64,000 nucleotides of DNA from Dehalococcoidia bacterium (GCA_011170285.1 DUEE01000007.1:70318-134317), one strand, 5' to 3'; positions 1-8,657 are shown, counted from the stretch's first letter. Made by a program: numbers and translations. The notes: generated by a model from the letters alone, not told the origin.

Positions 1-116
1 GGTAGGCGTAAATACTCTGGCACCTATCTTGTAATTGGGGTAAATAACTACAAGTCCGACGGCAAGATAATTTTAATAAACAAAATGCGTTCAACTGTAA
101 GACAGGAGGTGTTTTA

Positions 117-983
117 ATGGGTGCAAAGCCCCTTTCAGGAATGAGGATAATCATATGTGGGAAGGGAGGGGGTGGTAAAAGCACTCTCACTGCCTTAATG
201 GCGAGGGTGTTGACGGAAAAAGGATATGATGTTCATGTAGTAGATGGCGACCCATCTAACCCTGGGCTTTATCGGATGTTAGGCTTTGAAAAAGCCCCTG
301 AGCCCCTAATGGATTTTTTCGGAGGAACAGTTTTTACCGGGGGGAAAGTAACCTGCCCGGTAGACGACCCGTTTCCCTTGCCTAGAGGAACAATTGCTTT
401 GGATGAGATTCCAAGCAAGTATTTTATGCAAAAGAATGGAATTACTTTCTTCAGAACGGGGAAAATACAGGTTGCCTTTGAGGGCTGTGATGGTCCAGAG
501 GATAAGATAGCCAGAGACTTCATAGTGCCTGGAGAGCAAGTTACATTGGTAGATATCAAGGCAGGCTTAGAACATTTCGGGAGAGGGGTAGAAATTAACT
601 TTGATGGAATCATAACGGTGATTGACCCAAATGTTATAGCTTTTGAAATCGCAGAGAGAGTAAAAATGATGATTGAAGAAATGAAGAGGGGGATTTCACC
701 GGCTGTTTCTCATTTAGAAGACCCCAAAGATGTTGAGATGATTAGAAAATTAGCTAAGTCAGTAAAGATAAGATATGCCTGGGCGATTTTAAATAAGGTG
801 AATTCGGAGGAGGTCAAGTCAGTAATGATGAGGGAGTTAGGAAAAAGGGGAATAGAGCCCATAGGTTCTGTGCGCAATGACCCTGAGATTTTTAAATCCT
901 GCCTGGAGGATACCTCCATTAGAGAATCGGGAGCGAAAAAAGATATAGAAGAAATCGTCAAGCGCTTAGAAGATAGTGTCTAG
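117..983 (+). CDS. CooC/MinD-family P-loop NTPase (CO dehydrogenase/ACS nickel-insertion accessory-like)
   Basis: Walker A 'ICGKGGGGKSTL' lies near the N-terminus and is followed by 'VVDGDPSNPG', as in CooC/ParA-MinD type ATPases. An AGGAGG SD lies about 7 nt upstream of the ATG. Confidence 0.7.
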   Translation: MGAKPLSGMRIIICGKGGGGKSTLTALMARVLTEKGYDVHVVDGDPSNPGLYRMLGFEKAPEPLMDFFGGTVFTGGKVTCPVDDPFPLPRGTIALDEIPSKYFMQKNGITFFRTGKIQVAFEGCDGPEDKIARDFIVPGEQVTLVDIKAGLEHFGRGVEINFDGIITVIDPNVIAFEIAERVKMMIEEMKRGISPAVSHLEDPKDVEMIRKLAKSVKIRYAWAILNKVNSEEVKSVMMRELGKRGIEPIGSVRNDPEIFKSCLEDTSIRESGAKKDIEEIVKRLEDSV

Positions 984-1143
984 TTGTATGATAAAGTCCC
1001 TCCTTAGAAAGAGACGAATTGAGTAAACGGGTTTAACGCAGTGTAATTGCTCACCCATTCCCCCTAATCCGTTTCAATTACATAGAAACTTACAAAAGAC
1101 AGAGCGGTAAGGTTATAGAGAAGCTCATTATGGGGCAACAGGG

Positions 1144-2349
1144 GTGTCGTTAGATTTAACTAAGGTGGCTGCGCAGGTTGGAGGTATGGTAGCCAGGCTG
1201 AAGGCTGGTGGTGCAGAAAGGCAGAATCGTCTAAACCATGCTCTGGATGTTCTCCATAACTGGTCCGCTGACCTTGAGCTTTTAAGAGCCAAGATTGCCT
1301 CCAGTAAGACCACCTGGTTAGTGGCTGGTTTAGTAAATGGGCTTGACCGGTGCCATAAAGCACCACCCACCCCCGCCGAATTCACCGTCATTGCCACCGA
1401 TGGCTCTCATATTGATGTTGACCGGCATAAGTCAACCAGGTGCAATCTGATAAACATAGGCAGTGTCATTCTTCATTACGGCGTCTCTCCTAGTGCTACC
1501 CTTGATAGTTTCCCGTGCCTCTATTTCGGAGATGAAGAACTGGTTATTATGCCGGCTGGGGTTAGGGGTCGTGAGCAACCAATAGAGGGCGTGCTGCTAG
1601 GCATCAAGCGTAGTGTAGACGAGTGCCGCCAGTTAGCCAATCTGGCTGCCGAGCTGCCGCCGGGCAGTTCAATCTTGGCCCTGCTTGATGGCTCGCTTAT
1701 TCTTTGGGGTCTGGCTGGTCAGGCTTACCCCGAATTCGTCACCGAAGCATTACTGGAGCAGGGCTTTCTGACTTATCTTGATGAGATAAGGAAGCTCAAC
1801 AGGGATAAGAGAATTGCCCTCGCCAGCTATATTAGCTTTCCTCGCAGCACCGATGTAGTTAATGCCTTGCGGGTGGCTCTTTGCCCTCATGAGGTTGCTG
1901 ACTGTGACCGCTATTGCGCCTCTAGTGAAAAGAGAGACTGCGATATGGTGGCTGGTGTTCAGGACAGAGAACTATTCTCGGCTATATTGGAGCAGGGGGA
2001 GAGGTCAGCCTTATTTATCAGTCAGTCGTCTATCGTTCAGAAGCACTATGGTGTTCACCAGGTCTATTTCTTCTACCTCAGGGTGGATGATGAAATAGCC
2101 AGGGTTGAGATTCCCCGCTGGGTGGCAACGGATGAAAACCTGCTCAATCTGGTTCATAACTTAGTTTTAGACCAGTGCCAGCGTGGACAGGGGTACCCGG
2201 TGGCATTAAGTGAAGCCCACGAAAAGGCAGTGGTAACCGGGGCAGATAGAGAAAACTTCTGGCAATTGGTAGAGTTATCCCTGGTGGATGAGCATTTGCC
2301 CACCCTCAGCTCAGCCAAAAGCCGTAGCAAAAGAACAAGGTGGGTTTAA
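1144..2349 (+). CDS. nurA: NurA-domain 5'-3' nuclease
   Basis: 'IATDGSHIDVD' and 'LLDGSLILWG' are acidic motifs typical of the NurA fold. Length is about 400 aa and a HerA-type ATPase lies downstream. GTG start. Confidence 0.6.
   Translation: MSLDLTKVAAQVGGMVARLKAGGAERQNRLNHALDVLHNWSADLELLRAKIASSKTTWLVAGLVNGLDRCHKAPPTPAEFTVIATDGSHIDVDRHKSTRCNLINIGSVILHYGVSPSATLDSFPCLYFGDEELVIMPAGVRGREQPIEGVLLGIKRSVDECRQLANLAAELPPGSSILALLDGSLILWGLAGQAYPEFVTEALLEQGFLTYLDEIRKLNRDKRIALASYISFPRSTDVVNALRVALCPHEVADCDRYCASSEKRDCDMVAGVQDRELFSAILEQGERSALFISQSSIVQKHYGVHQVYFFYLRVDDEIARVEIPRWVATDENLLNLVHNLVLDQCQRGQGYPVALSEAHEKAVVTGADRENFWQLVELSLVDEHLPTLSSAKSRSKRTRWV
2308..2348 (+). repeat. Direct repeat copy 1 (the true 3' end of nurA)
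   Basis: The 41-mer agctcagccaaaagccgtagcaaaagaacaaggtgggttta recurs at 2938..2978 with 4 mismatches. Confidence 0.9.
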
Positions 2350-2545
2350 TTTAATTAACCTCAAATTCTAAATACTATTCTTCAAAGAAGGACTAAACTC
2401 TAAACAATATCAGATGACATAAATACAAGAGGGGCAAGCCCATTCAAACTTCCCTTAATAAATGGCTTTACGGGAAATAAGGGATAAGGAAGATTAGAAA
2501 TGTTGAAAATGGGGAAACCCGGCTAATACAGGGAGATAACTAGTA

Positions 2546-2929
2546 TTGGAGAGTAAGCAATATCGTCTAGCGAAACGAATGAGATGGGCAGCGCGAGTAA
2601 TTGGGTTACTGGCAGCAGGGTTTCTCCTAACCATGTTGATTGGTGCAGCTATTGCTGAAGTTCTAACTGAAATCTCGGAACCAATCACTATAGAAGGTAT
2701 TCTACTAGGTATACTTGGAGCAATTGCGCTAGCTGGCTGTATTGTATCCTGGTGGCGGAAGCGACTTGCTGGTATACTACTAATTTTAACTGCTGTCGGA
2801 TTGGGCATCCACATTGGCATTTGTGCTGGACATAATCATTTCTTAGTTTGGTCAATGCTGGGCTTTCCGTATATCGTTGCTGGTGGGCTGCTCCTTACCT
2901 CCTGGCGCCTTTCAAGGAAGACACCATAG
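2546..2929 (+). CDS. Small integral membrane protein (about 4 TM), unknown function
   Basis: The 127-aa ORF has four hydrophobic segments. It lies exactly between the two copies of the nurA 3'-end repeat. Confidence 0.5.
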   Translation: MESKQYRLAKRMRWAARVIGLLAAGFLLTMLIGAAIAEVLTEISEPITIEGILLGILGAIALAGCIVSWWRKRLAGILLILTAVGLGIHIGICAGHNHFLVWSMLGFPYIVAGGLLLTSWRLSRKTP

Positions 2930-2937
2930 ACAGCCTT

Positions 2938-2978
2938 AGCTCAGCCAAAAGCTAGAGCAAAAGGACAAGGTGGGTTTA
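2938..2978 (+). repeat. Direct repeat copy 2 (relic nurA 3' end carrying an in-frame stop)
   Basis: agctcagccaaaagctagagcaaaaggacaaggtgggttta. Read in the nurA frame it gives SSAKS*SKRTRWV*, versus SSAKSRSKRTRWV* in the real gene. Confidence 0.9.
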
Positions 2979-3013
2979 GGTGGGTGATTTATTAGGGAAA
3001 GTTTGGAGATGAT

Positions 3014-3460
3014 ATGATGAAAGTGTTCCATATTATAATGGGAATCATTAAAGGATTTTTGCTTAAGGTATCTCCTTCACTGGGTTATGAGGGCGTCATC
3101 AATACGCAAATCAATATTTATAATAGACTTAGAAAACGTGCACCAGAGATGCCAGAAAATGACCTATTGAACCGTGTCATAATCTCCAGGATTAGAGCTC
3201 TGCCGAGAGTAGCCTCTGAAGAAGAGGAATATGCTCATTATAGACCACTTGTTAAAAATCCTTATAAGACACTTGAGGATGTAATTTGGGCAATAGTTGA
3301 CTATGAATATATTCTAAGTCGTGAAGAACATATCTTTAACCAATTTTCCCAAATGGGTCTTTCAGAGCCACAGATATTGACAGCAATAGATGACCAAAAG
3401 GCACAAATGAGAGCATACGTAGAAGAAAGTATTGAAAATAAGGTTAAAAAGAGAAGCTGA
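3014..3460 (+). CDS. Hypothetical protein
   Basis: 148-aa ORF in an AT-richer stretch. I recognise no motif. Confidence 0.45.
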   Translation: MMKVFHIIMGIIKGFLLKVSPSLGYEGVINTQINIYNRLRKRAPEMPENDLLNRVIISRIRALPRVASEEEEYAHYRPLVKNPYKTLEDVIWAIVDYEYILSREEHIFNQFSQMGLSEPQILTAIDDQKAQMRAYVEESIENKVKKRS

Positions 3461-3660
3461 AAATGATTTGCTCAAGACGGGGAAATAGGGGATATGAAAG
3501 GTCTATTATGGGTTTCCGTAACGGTTGCCGCTGTCGTGGCGATTTACGAACTAACTTAGCTGGGTAGGAGTGAGTTAGCTTGGGTTATCCTTGGACTTGC
3601 AGTAGCTATAGGCTTGCAAGCCGTGTATCTTTTAATCAAAAAATAAAAAAAAGAGAGTTT

Positions 3661-3695
3661 TTGAAGGGGCGAAGCCCCTTCAAACTTCCCTTATG
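3661..3695. repeat. Q-type GC hairpin repeat (ttgaaggggcgaagccccttcaa + aacttccctt tail)
   Basis: Same hairpin and tail as at 14963, 39715, 12888, 24236, 27899, 28199 and 35985. Confidence 0.8.
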
Positions 3696-3721
3696 AATAT
3701 CGATTCTAGGAGGCACATATA

Positions 3722-4441
3722 ATGCCATATAATGAGGGACAGCCAACTTTTATAGGCTTCTTGAGTATCCCAGTTGTAACCAAAGTCGCCAAGACACCGT
3801 TATTCGGGGGGCCCTATATACGCTTTTATGACTTGTGTGTAGTTCTTTCATATCTATATACTGCTGGGGCAATATTGGGGAGTGCCAGGCGTAATAAATT
3901 GACCATTCTGGCAAAGTTGTTTTCTATTCCTGGAACCGAGAAAGAGAATTTAGATGGATTACAAGAAGAGGCGACGAAGCACCTCAGTAAGTTTAGGAAT
4001 GACATTGCAAAAGACCCTGACACATTTCATGAGTTCATTCTTTTCAGGGAGCTTGAGAGCGCCATTGGGCTAAGTATGGAAGATTGGTTCAAAGCCTATA
4101 CTGAGGGAGATGCAAAAATAATGAAAATAGCTGACGAGAAAGTTCCGTTAGAAAAAGCTGAGCCTAGCATCAAGTGGTTCGGGCTGGAAGGCATAGGCTT
4201 TGGTAGCTCTTTCCCAGAATTAACAGAGAAAATGTATAAGAATTCCTATGAGGATATTGATATGGATGTTTGGGCGAAGCACAGAGCACATGGCTTGGTC
4301 ATCCCAGAAGAACCCACGCCAATAAGCCTTGAGGAGCAAGAGAAGATAGTTCTTCAAATAGTGGCAGCCTATGCGTCAAAATGCTATCCAGAATTACTTG
4401 ACGCTTTGGATTTAAGAGGTTACGTAGAGGAAGGAGGTTAG
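3722..4441 (+). CDS. Hypothetical protein
   Basis: 239-aa ORF with 'aggaggcacatataATG' as SD. No recognisable motif. Confidence 0.5.
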   Translation: MPYNEGQPTFIGFLSIPVVTKVAKTPLFGGPYIRFYDLCVVLSYLYTAGAILGSARRNKLTILAKLFSIPGTEKENLDGLQEEATKHLSKFRNDIAKDPDTFHEFILFRELESAIGLSMEDWFKAYTEGDAKIMKIADEKVPLEKAEPSIKWFGLEGIGFGSSFPELTEKMYKNSYEDIDMDVWAKHRAHGLVIPEEPTPISLEEQEKIVLQIVAAYASKCYPELLDALDLRGYVEEGG

Positions 4442-4536
4442 CATGGGAACTAAGGGAAGGAAGAATGTGAAAAAGTCCAAGAAGGAAAAGGAGAAGAAGG
4501 AAAAGAAGAAATAGAGTGGGGGTAATAGAAGATATG

Positions 4537-4613
4537 TCTTTGCGAGGAGCAGAGCGACGAAGCAAACTAAAAGACAAAGATAAGATTGCTTCGCCTTCGG
4601 CTCGCAATGACAC
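4537..4613. repeat. R-type repeat (GTCxTTGCGAGG...GAAGCAA / GATTGCTTCG...GCTCGCAATGAC inverted pair)
   Basis: gtctttgcgaggagcagagcgacgaagcaa ... gattgcttcgccttcggctcgcaatgacac. The family recurs at 16266, 18081, 22474, 24372 and 28047. Confidence 0.8.
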
Positions 4614-4671
4614 GTTTGTCAGGAGGGGATAAGGTTACCTAATAAAAACTTAAAGGGGGTTGGATTACTAA

Positions 4672-5271
4672 TTGAGTACAGATGAAGTGCAAAGAGTGGG
4701 TGAGGTTGTTGAAGCCAGCACTACTGATTTTGTGGCGCAGTGCTATGAGCTTTACCAGACGCCACCATTAGGTAGTCTGGTAAAGACTATGGATTTGACG
4801 GTGGAGTTATATGGCATAGTTTATAATGCTACTACCACTAGTATTGAGCCGGGACGGCGCCCGATTGCTAGGGGTAGGGATGAGGCTAGCGATGATGAGA
4901 TCTATCGGTCAAACCCTCAGCTTTTGAAGCTGCTTAGAAGTGAATTCAGTGCTTTAGTGGTCGGGCATAGGCAGGGTGATATATTATATCGCTACCTGCC
5001 GCCTAAGCCAGCCCGAATCCATAGCTTTGTTTACCTGTGTTCTACTGAGGAGGTAAAGGAGTTTAGCCAGTCTTTTGACTTCCTTAATATGTTAATTAAC
5101 ACTCATCTCCCGGTTTCCACAGATGAGCTTGTGGCTGCCTGTTTGCGCCAGATGAGCCAGGCATATGAAGACCGTCACGCCTTTTTAGTGGCTGCCGGCA
5201 AGGAGCTAGCCATCTTGCTTGGTGGTGAGTTCAACCAGCTTAAATCTATCCTGGGGAGGATTAGACAGTGA
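4672..5271 (+). CDS. Hypothetical protein with an N-terminal region resembling a HerA HAS-barrel, translationally coupled to herA
   Basis: 199-aa ORF with a TTG start. The N-terminus 'VGEVVEASTTDFVAQCYE..PPLGSLVKT' looks like the beta-barrel that opens HerA proteins. Its stop overlaps the herA start by 4 nt (5268-5271). Confidence 0.55.
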   Translation: MSTDEVQRVGEVVEASTTDFVAQCYELYQTPPLGSLVKTMDLTVELYGIVYNATTTSIEPGRRPIARGRDEASDDEIYRSNPQLLKLLRSEFSALVVGHRQGDILYRYLPPKPARIHSFVYLCSTEEVKEFSQSFDFLNMLINTHLPVSTDELVAACLRQMSQAYEDRHAFLVAAGKELAILLGGEFNQLKSILGRIRQ

Positions 5272-6890
5272 ATCAGGAAAATATTCAGAGATTGGGCATT
5301 GTTGTCTCTGGCTCATTGAATAAGGGTGTAGAAGTTAGGCTGGATAGCTCGGCTTCAGTTGAGGATATGGTGGTGGGGCGCTATGTAACCATTGAAGGAC
5401 AGAAGCGACGGTTCTTTGGCATGATAACCGATGTCAGTTTGGGGGTAATAGACCAGAAGCTTACTCTTACCCCACCTGATGTTTCCAACCCCTTTATTGC
5501 TGAGGTAATAGCTGGAACCGCTACCTATGGAACCCTCCATATTTTACCAATGCTCACCATTAGTGGCGATGTTGCCAGCCTCATTGAGGGACCCCAGCCG
5601 GTCAAGACCGTCCCCAGCCACTTCTCTACAGTAAATCTGGCTTCAGACCGGGATATAGAGTTGGTCTTTGGTAAAGAGGACAAAGAAAGGTTTTGGATTG
5701 GTAATCCTCTGGATATGGAGACCAAGCTTTGTCTTAGCATGGAGAAGTTGGTCGAACGCTCAAGTGGCGTCTTCGGCAAGAGCGGCACGGGAAAGACTTT
5801 CTTTACCAGACAACTTCTCATCGGCACACTCCAGAAAGGAAAGGCAGCCAACCTCATCTTCGATATGAACAGTGAATACGGCTGGGAAAGCACTAGTGAG
5901 CAAGGTCGGAATGTTAAAGCACTAAAGCAGCTCTTCCCATCACGGGTAGCGGTATTTACTCTTGATGAGGAGAGCTCTAGGCGCCGGCGGGTGAGCACCG
6001 ATTTTGTGGTCAGGATAGGCTATGACGAAATAGAGCCTGAGGACATGGTCTTGCTTCGTCAGACCTTGAACCTAACAGAGCCTGCTGTTGAAGCTGTCTA
6101 TCAGATATACCGTAGATTTGGTCGAAATTGGCTACAGGAAGCCTCAGAGCTGAAAGACCCTGACCAGATTAAGGAATTGCTAAAAGAGCTAGGGATACAT
6201 GAGAGCACCTATCAGAACTTGCAGCGAGGGCTGGCGACCATCAGGCGACTTCCCTTTCTGTTGCCCCACAGCCCTGATAATGCGGTAAGCTGCGTTCTAG
6301 ACTATCTGGACCGGGGCATAAATGTAGTTCTGGAATTTGGTAGATATAAAGATGTTGCCTCTTATGTTCTGGTGGCTAACTTGCTTACCCGGCGTATCTA
6401 CGCCCAGTATCAGAAGAGAACAGAGAAGGCAATGGCTGAAGACACCGTCAAGCCTCAACCCCTGGTAATAACCATCGAGGAGGCACACAAATTCCTTAAT
6501 CCTGAGGTAGCCAGTCAAACTATTTTTGGCACTATTGCCCGTGAGATGCGGAAGTACAATGTTACCCTGCTGGTGATTGACCAGCGACCCAGCGGCATTG
6601 ATGAGGAAGTTATGTCACAAATTGGGACTAAGATAGCCTTTCTCTTGGATAATGAGCGGGACATTGATAGTGTTTTGGCTGGCGTCTCGGGTAAGGGTGA
6701 GCTCAAATCGGTGTTAGCCAAGCTGGCTTCTAAACAGCAGGCACTTATCTTTGGTCATGCGGTACCTATGCCGGTGGCGTTCCAACCTCGGGAATATGGT
6801 TCCGCCGAATCTTATAAGCATTTTATCCCAAGTGCAGAGACCGAAATTGAAAAACAAGCGGAAAAAGATATAGAGGAGCTGTGGGGGTAA
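5268..6890 (+). CDS. herA: HerA/DUF87-family hexameric ATPase (helicase-like)
   Basis: N-terminal barrel 'LGIVVSGSLNKGVEVRLD', Walker A 'FGKSGTGKTFF', Walker B 'LVITIEEAHKF', and 'LLVIDQRPSGID' typical of the HerA/FtsK clade. Confidence 0.8.
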   Translation: MNQENIQRLGIVVSGSLNKGVEVRLDSSASVEDMVVGRYVTIEGQKRRFFGMITDVSLGVIDQKLTLTPPDVSNPFIAEVIAGTATYGTLHILPMLTISGDVASLIEGPQPVKTVPSHFSTVNLASDRDIELVFGKEDKERFWIGNPLDMETKLCLSMEKLVERSSGVFGKSGTGKTFFTRQLLIGTLQKGKAANLIFDMNSEYGWESTSEQGRNVKALKQLFPSRVAVFTLDEESSRRRRVSTDFVVRIGYDEIEPEDMVLLRQTLNLTEPAVEAVYQIYRRFGRNWLQEASELKDPDQIKELLKELGIHESTYQNLQRGLATIRRLPFLLPHSPDNAVSCVLDYLDRGINVVLEFGRYKDVASYVLVANLLTRRIYAQYQKRTEKAMAEDTVKPQPLVITIEEAHKFLNPEVASQTIFGTIAREMRKYNVTLLVIDQRPSGIDEEVMSQIGTKIAFLLDNERDIDSVLAGVSGKGELKSVLAKLASKQQALIFGHAVPMPVAFQPREYGSAESYKHFIPSAETEIEKQAEKDIEELWG

Positions 6891-7690
6891 AATTGCGGAA
6901 CAGAAAAATTGGGTTGGCTCTGGGCAGCGGTGCCGCTCGAGGACTGGCTCATATCGGGGTGCTGGAAGTCCTGGAAAAAGAAGGCATTACTATTGATATG
7001 CTTGCTGGCAGCAGTGCCGGCGCTCTTGTTGGTGCCCTCTATGCCCAAGGTAAAGATATTAGTCAGATAAAAAATCTGGTAATAGACCTGGGTTCGAAAA
7101 GGTTCGCCTTTTTGGCAGACCCAGCCCTGCCCAAAACTGGTTTGATTAAGGGGAGGAGAATTAAAGAGGTATTGAAATCAATTATCGGGGGTGACATAGG
7201 ATTTAGCAATTTAAGGATACCCCTTGCTTGTGTAGCTACTGATATAGTGACTGGTGAGGAGGTAGTAATTAATCAGGGCTCGGTGCTGGAAGGCGTGAGA
7301 GCCAGTATTTCTATCCCGGTAATATTTGCTGTAGTTAAATGGAAAGGCAGATATTTAGTTGACGGTGGTTTGGTGAACCCGGTGCCAGCGAGTGTCCTTA
7401 GAGATATGGGAGCTGACTTCATCATCGCGGTGAATGTGGCACCGAGTATTAGCGGTAAGCTTCACCAGGTGGGCAGAGAGCCTAACATCTTCAATGTCAT
7501 AATGCAAACGATTCATATTGCTGCTTATCAGTCGCTGAAGCTAAGCCTTAGCGAGGCTGATGTAGTGATTGAACCTCAGGTAGCATCCATTGGATACTTT
7601 GACTTCCACCGAACTCAAGAGTGCATTTTGCAGGGTGAACTAGCTGCGCAAGAGTCCATTATTAAAATAAAAAGACAACTGGAAGCCTAA
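6881..7690 (+). CDS. Patatin-like phospholipase
   Basis: Oxyanion 'GLALGSGAARG', nucleophile elbow 'AGSSAGA' (GxSxG), and catalytic Asp in 'VDGGLVNPVP'. The GTG start overlaps the herA stop by 10 nt. Confidence 0.85.
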   Translation: MGVKLRNRKIGLALGSGAARGLAHIGVLEVLEKEGITIDMLAGSSAGALVGALYAQGKDISQIKNLVIDLGSKRFAFLADPALPKTGLIKGRRIKEVLKSIIGGDIGFSNLRIPLACVATDIVTGEEVVINQGSVLEGVRASISIPVIFAVVKWKGRYLVDGGLVNPVPASVLRDMGADFIIAVNVAPSISGKLHQVGREPNIFNVIMQTIHIAAYQSLKLSLSEADVVIEPQVASIGYFDFHRTQECILQGELAAQESIIKIKRQLEA

Positions 7691-7728
7691 ACTTCCCCCT
7701 TTTCTTTTATAATTGTCTTTCGATGGGG

Positions 7729-7780
7729 TTGACAACAATAGTATTTATATATTATAGTAATTACAAATGAGAAGCATTAG
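7729..7780 (+). promoter_or_regulatory. Candidate fur promoter (TTGACA-18-TATAGT) with a Fur-box-like 17-mer just downstream
   Basis: TTGACA at 7729-7734 and TATAGT at 7753-7758. The 17-mer caaatgagaagcattag (7764-7780) is nearly identical to caaataagaagcatttg at 8261-8277. Confidence 0.5.
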
Positions 7781-7795
7781 CAATAAGGAATAGGA

Positions 7796-8239
7796 ATGGA
7801 AAATGGAACCGGGTCGCTAGAGGATGACCGAAAGGCACTAAGTGTAACTGGAATTAGGGCTACCAATCAGCGGGCTATAGTTCTGGAAGTTATTAGTCGC
7901 GGGCAGGGACATCTGGATGCTGATGAAATCTATCGCCGAGCCCGTATGAATCAACCGCACATTAGTCTGTCCACTGTCTATCGAACCCTGCAGGCGTTTA
8001 AAAAACTAGGTTTAATAGACGAGCTTCATTTTGATGAAGCTCACCATTACTATGAGATAAAGCCAGCCTTTGAGCATCAACACCTGATATGTCTCGGCTG
8101 CGGCAAAATCGTGGAATTTGAGTGTCCGCTGAGCCAGAAAATGAAGAAGGATGTAGCCCGAGAAAACGACTTTGAGGTCACCAGTGTTGAGGTTCGTATG
8201 ACAGGCTATTGTCCTCAGTGCCGACAGGACAGGACATAA
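7796..8239 (+). CDS. fur: Fur-family metalloregulator
   Basis: 'ISLSTVYRTLQAFKKLGLI' winged helix, 'HHYYE', 'HLICLGCGKIVEF' and a C-terminal 'CPQC' zinc site. Confidence 0.9.
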   Translation: MENGTGSLEDDRKALSVTGIRATNQRAIVLEVISRGQGHLDADEIYRRARMNQPHISLSTVYRTLQAFKKLGLIDELHFDEAHHYYEIKPAFEHQHLICLGCGKIVEFECPLSQKMKKDVARENDFEVTSVEVRMTGYCPQCRQDRT

Positions 8240-8257
8240 ATTTTTTTGCTATGCTTA

Positions 8258-8285
8258 TTGCAAATAAGAAGCATTTGTATATATT
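8258..8285 (+). promoter_or_regulatory. Candidate feoA promoter (TTGCAA-16-TATATT) overlapped by a dyad Fur-box-like operator
   Basis: The 17-mer caaataagaagcatttg (8261-8277) has CAAAT-N7-ATTTG dyad symmetry and lies between the -35 and -10 hexamers. Confidence 0.5.
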
Positions 8286-8354
8286 TTGGGGAAAAGTGCA
8301 GTAAAAATGACACGAAATAACCAGAGTGTTATCTAATATCACGAAGAGAGGTAG

Positions 8355-8576
8355 ATGCTAATGTCGTTAAGTGAACTTAAAACTGGTAAAACAGCCAGAA
8401 TTGTAGCCATTGAGGGAGGACGAGGCTTAAGACAGAATCTCTTTTTACGAGGTTTGTTTGAGGGCAAGGAGATAAGGGTAGTATCCAATAACGGAGCGGT
8501 AACAGTTGAAGTTGATAGGAATGTCGTTACCATCGGTCGTGGAATGGCACGGGAAATTGTAGTGGCTACAAATTGA
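8355..8576 (+). CDS. feoA: FeoA-domain protein
   Basis: 'LSELKTGKTARIVAI..GRGLRQNLFLRGLFEGKEIRVV' is a typical FeoA SH3-like domain. Confidence 0.85.
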   Translation: MLMSLSELKTGKTARIVAIEGGRGLRQNLFLRGLFEGKEIRVVSNNGAVTVEVDRNVVTIGRGMAREIVVATN

Positions 8577-8657
8577 CCAGACCAGGAGAAAACAGGCTAG
8601 TGAAATTGTAAAAATATCCACTAGCTATAGAGTGGTATGAAAAAATAGTCTGAAGGG

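Noticed and set aside
5525-5998. 157-aa minus-strand ORF (similar cases: 18660-18959, 30448-30912, 35285-35689, 59295-59720, 62815-63147)
   Set aside because: These are antisense shadow ORFs inside well-supported genes (herA, the 503-aa gene, mfd, proB, pit, fdhA). None has a recognisable motif.
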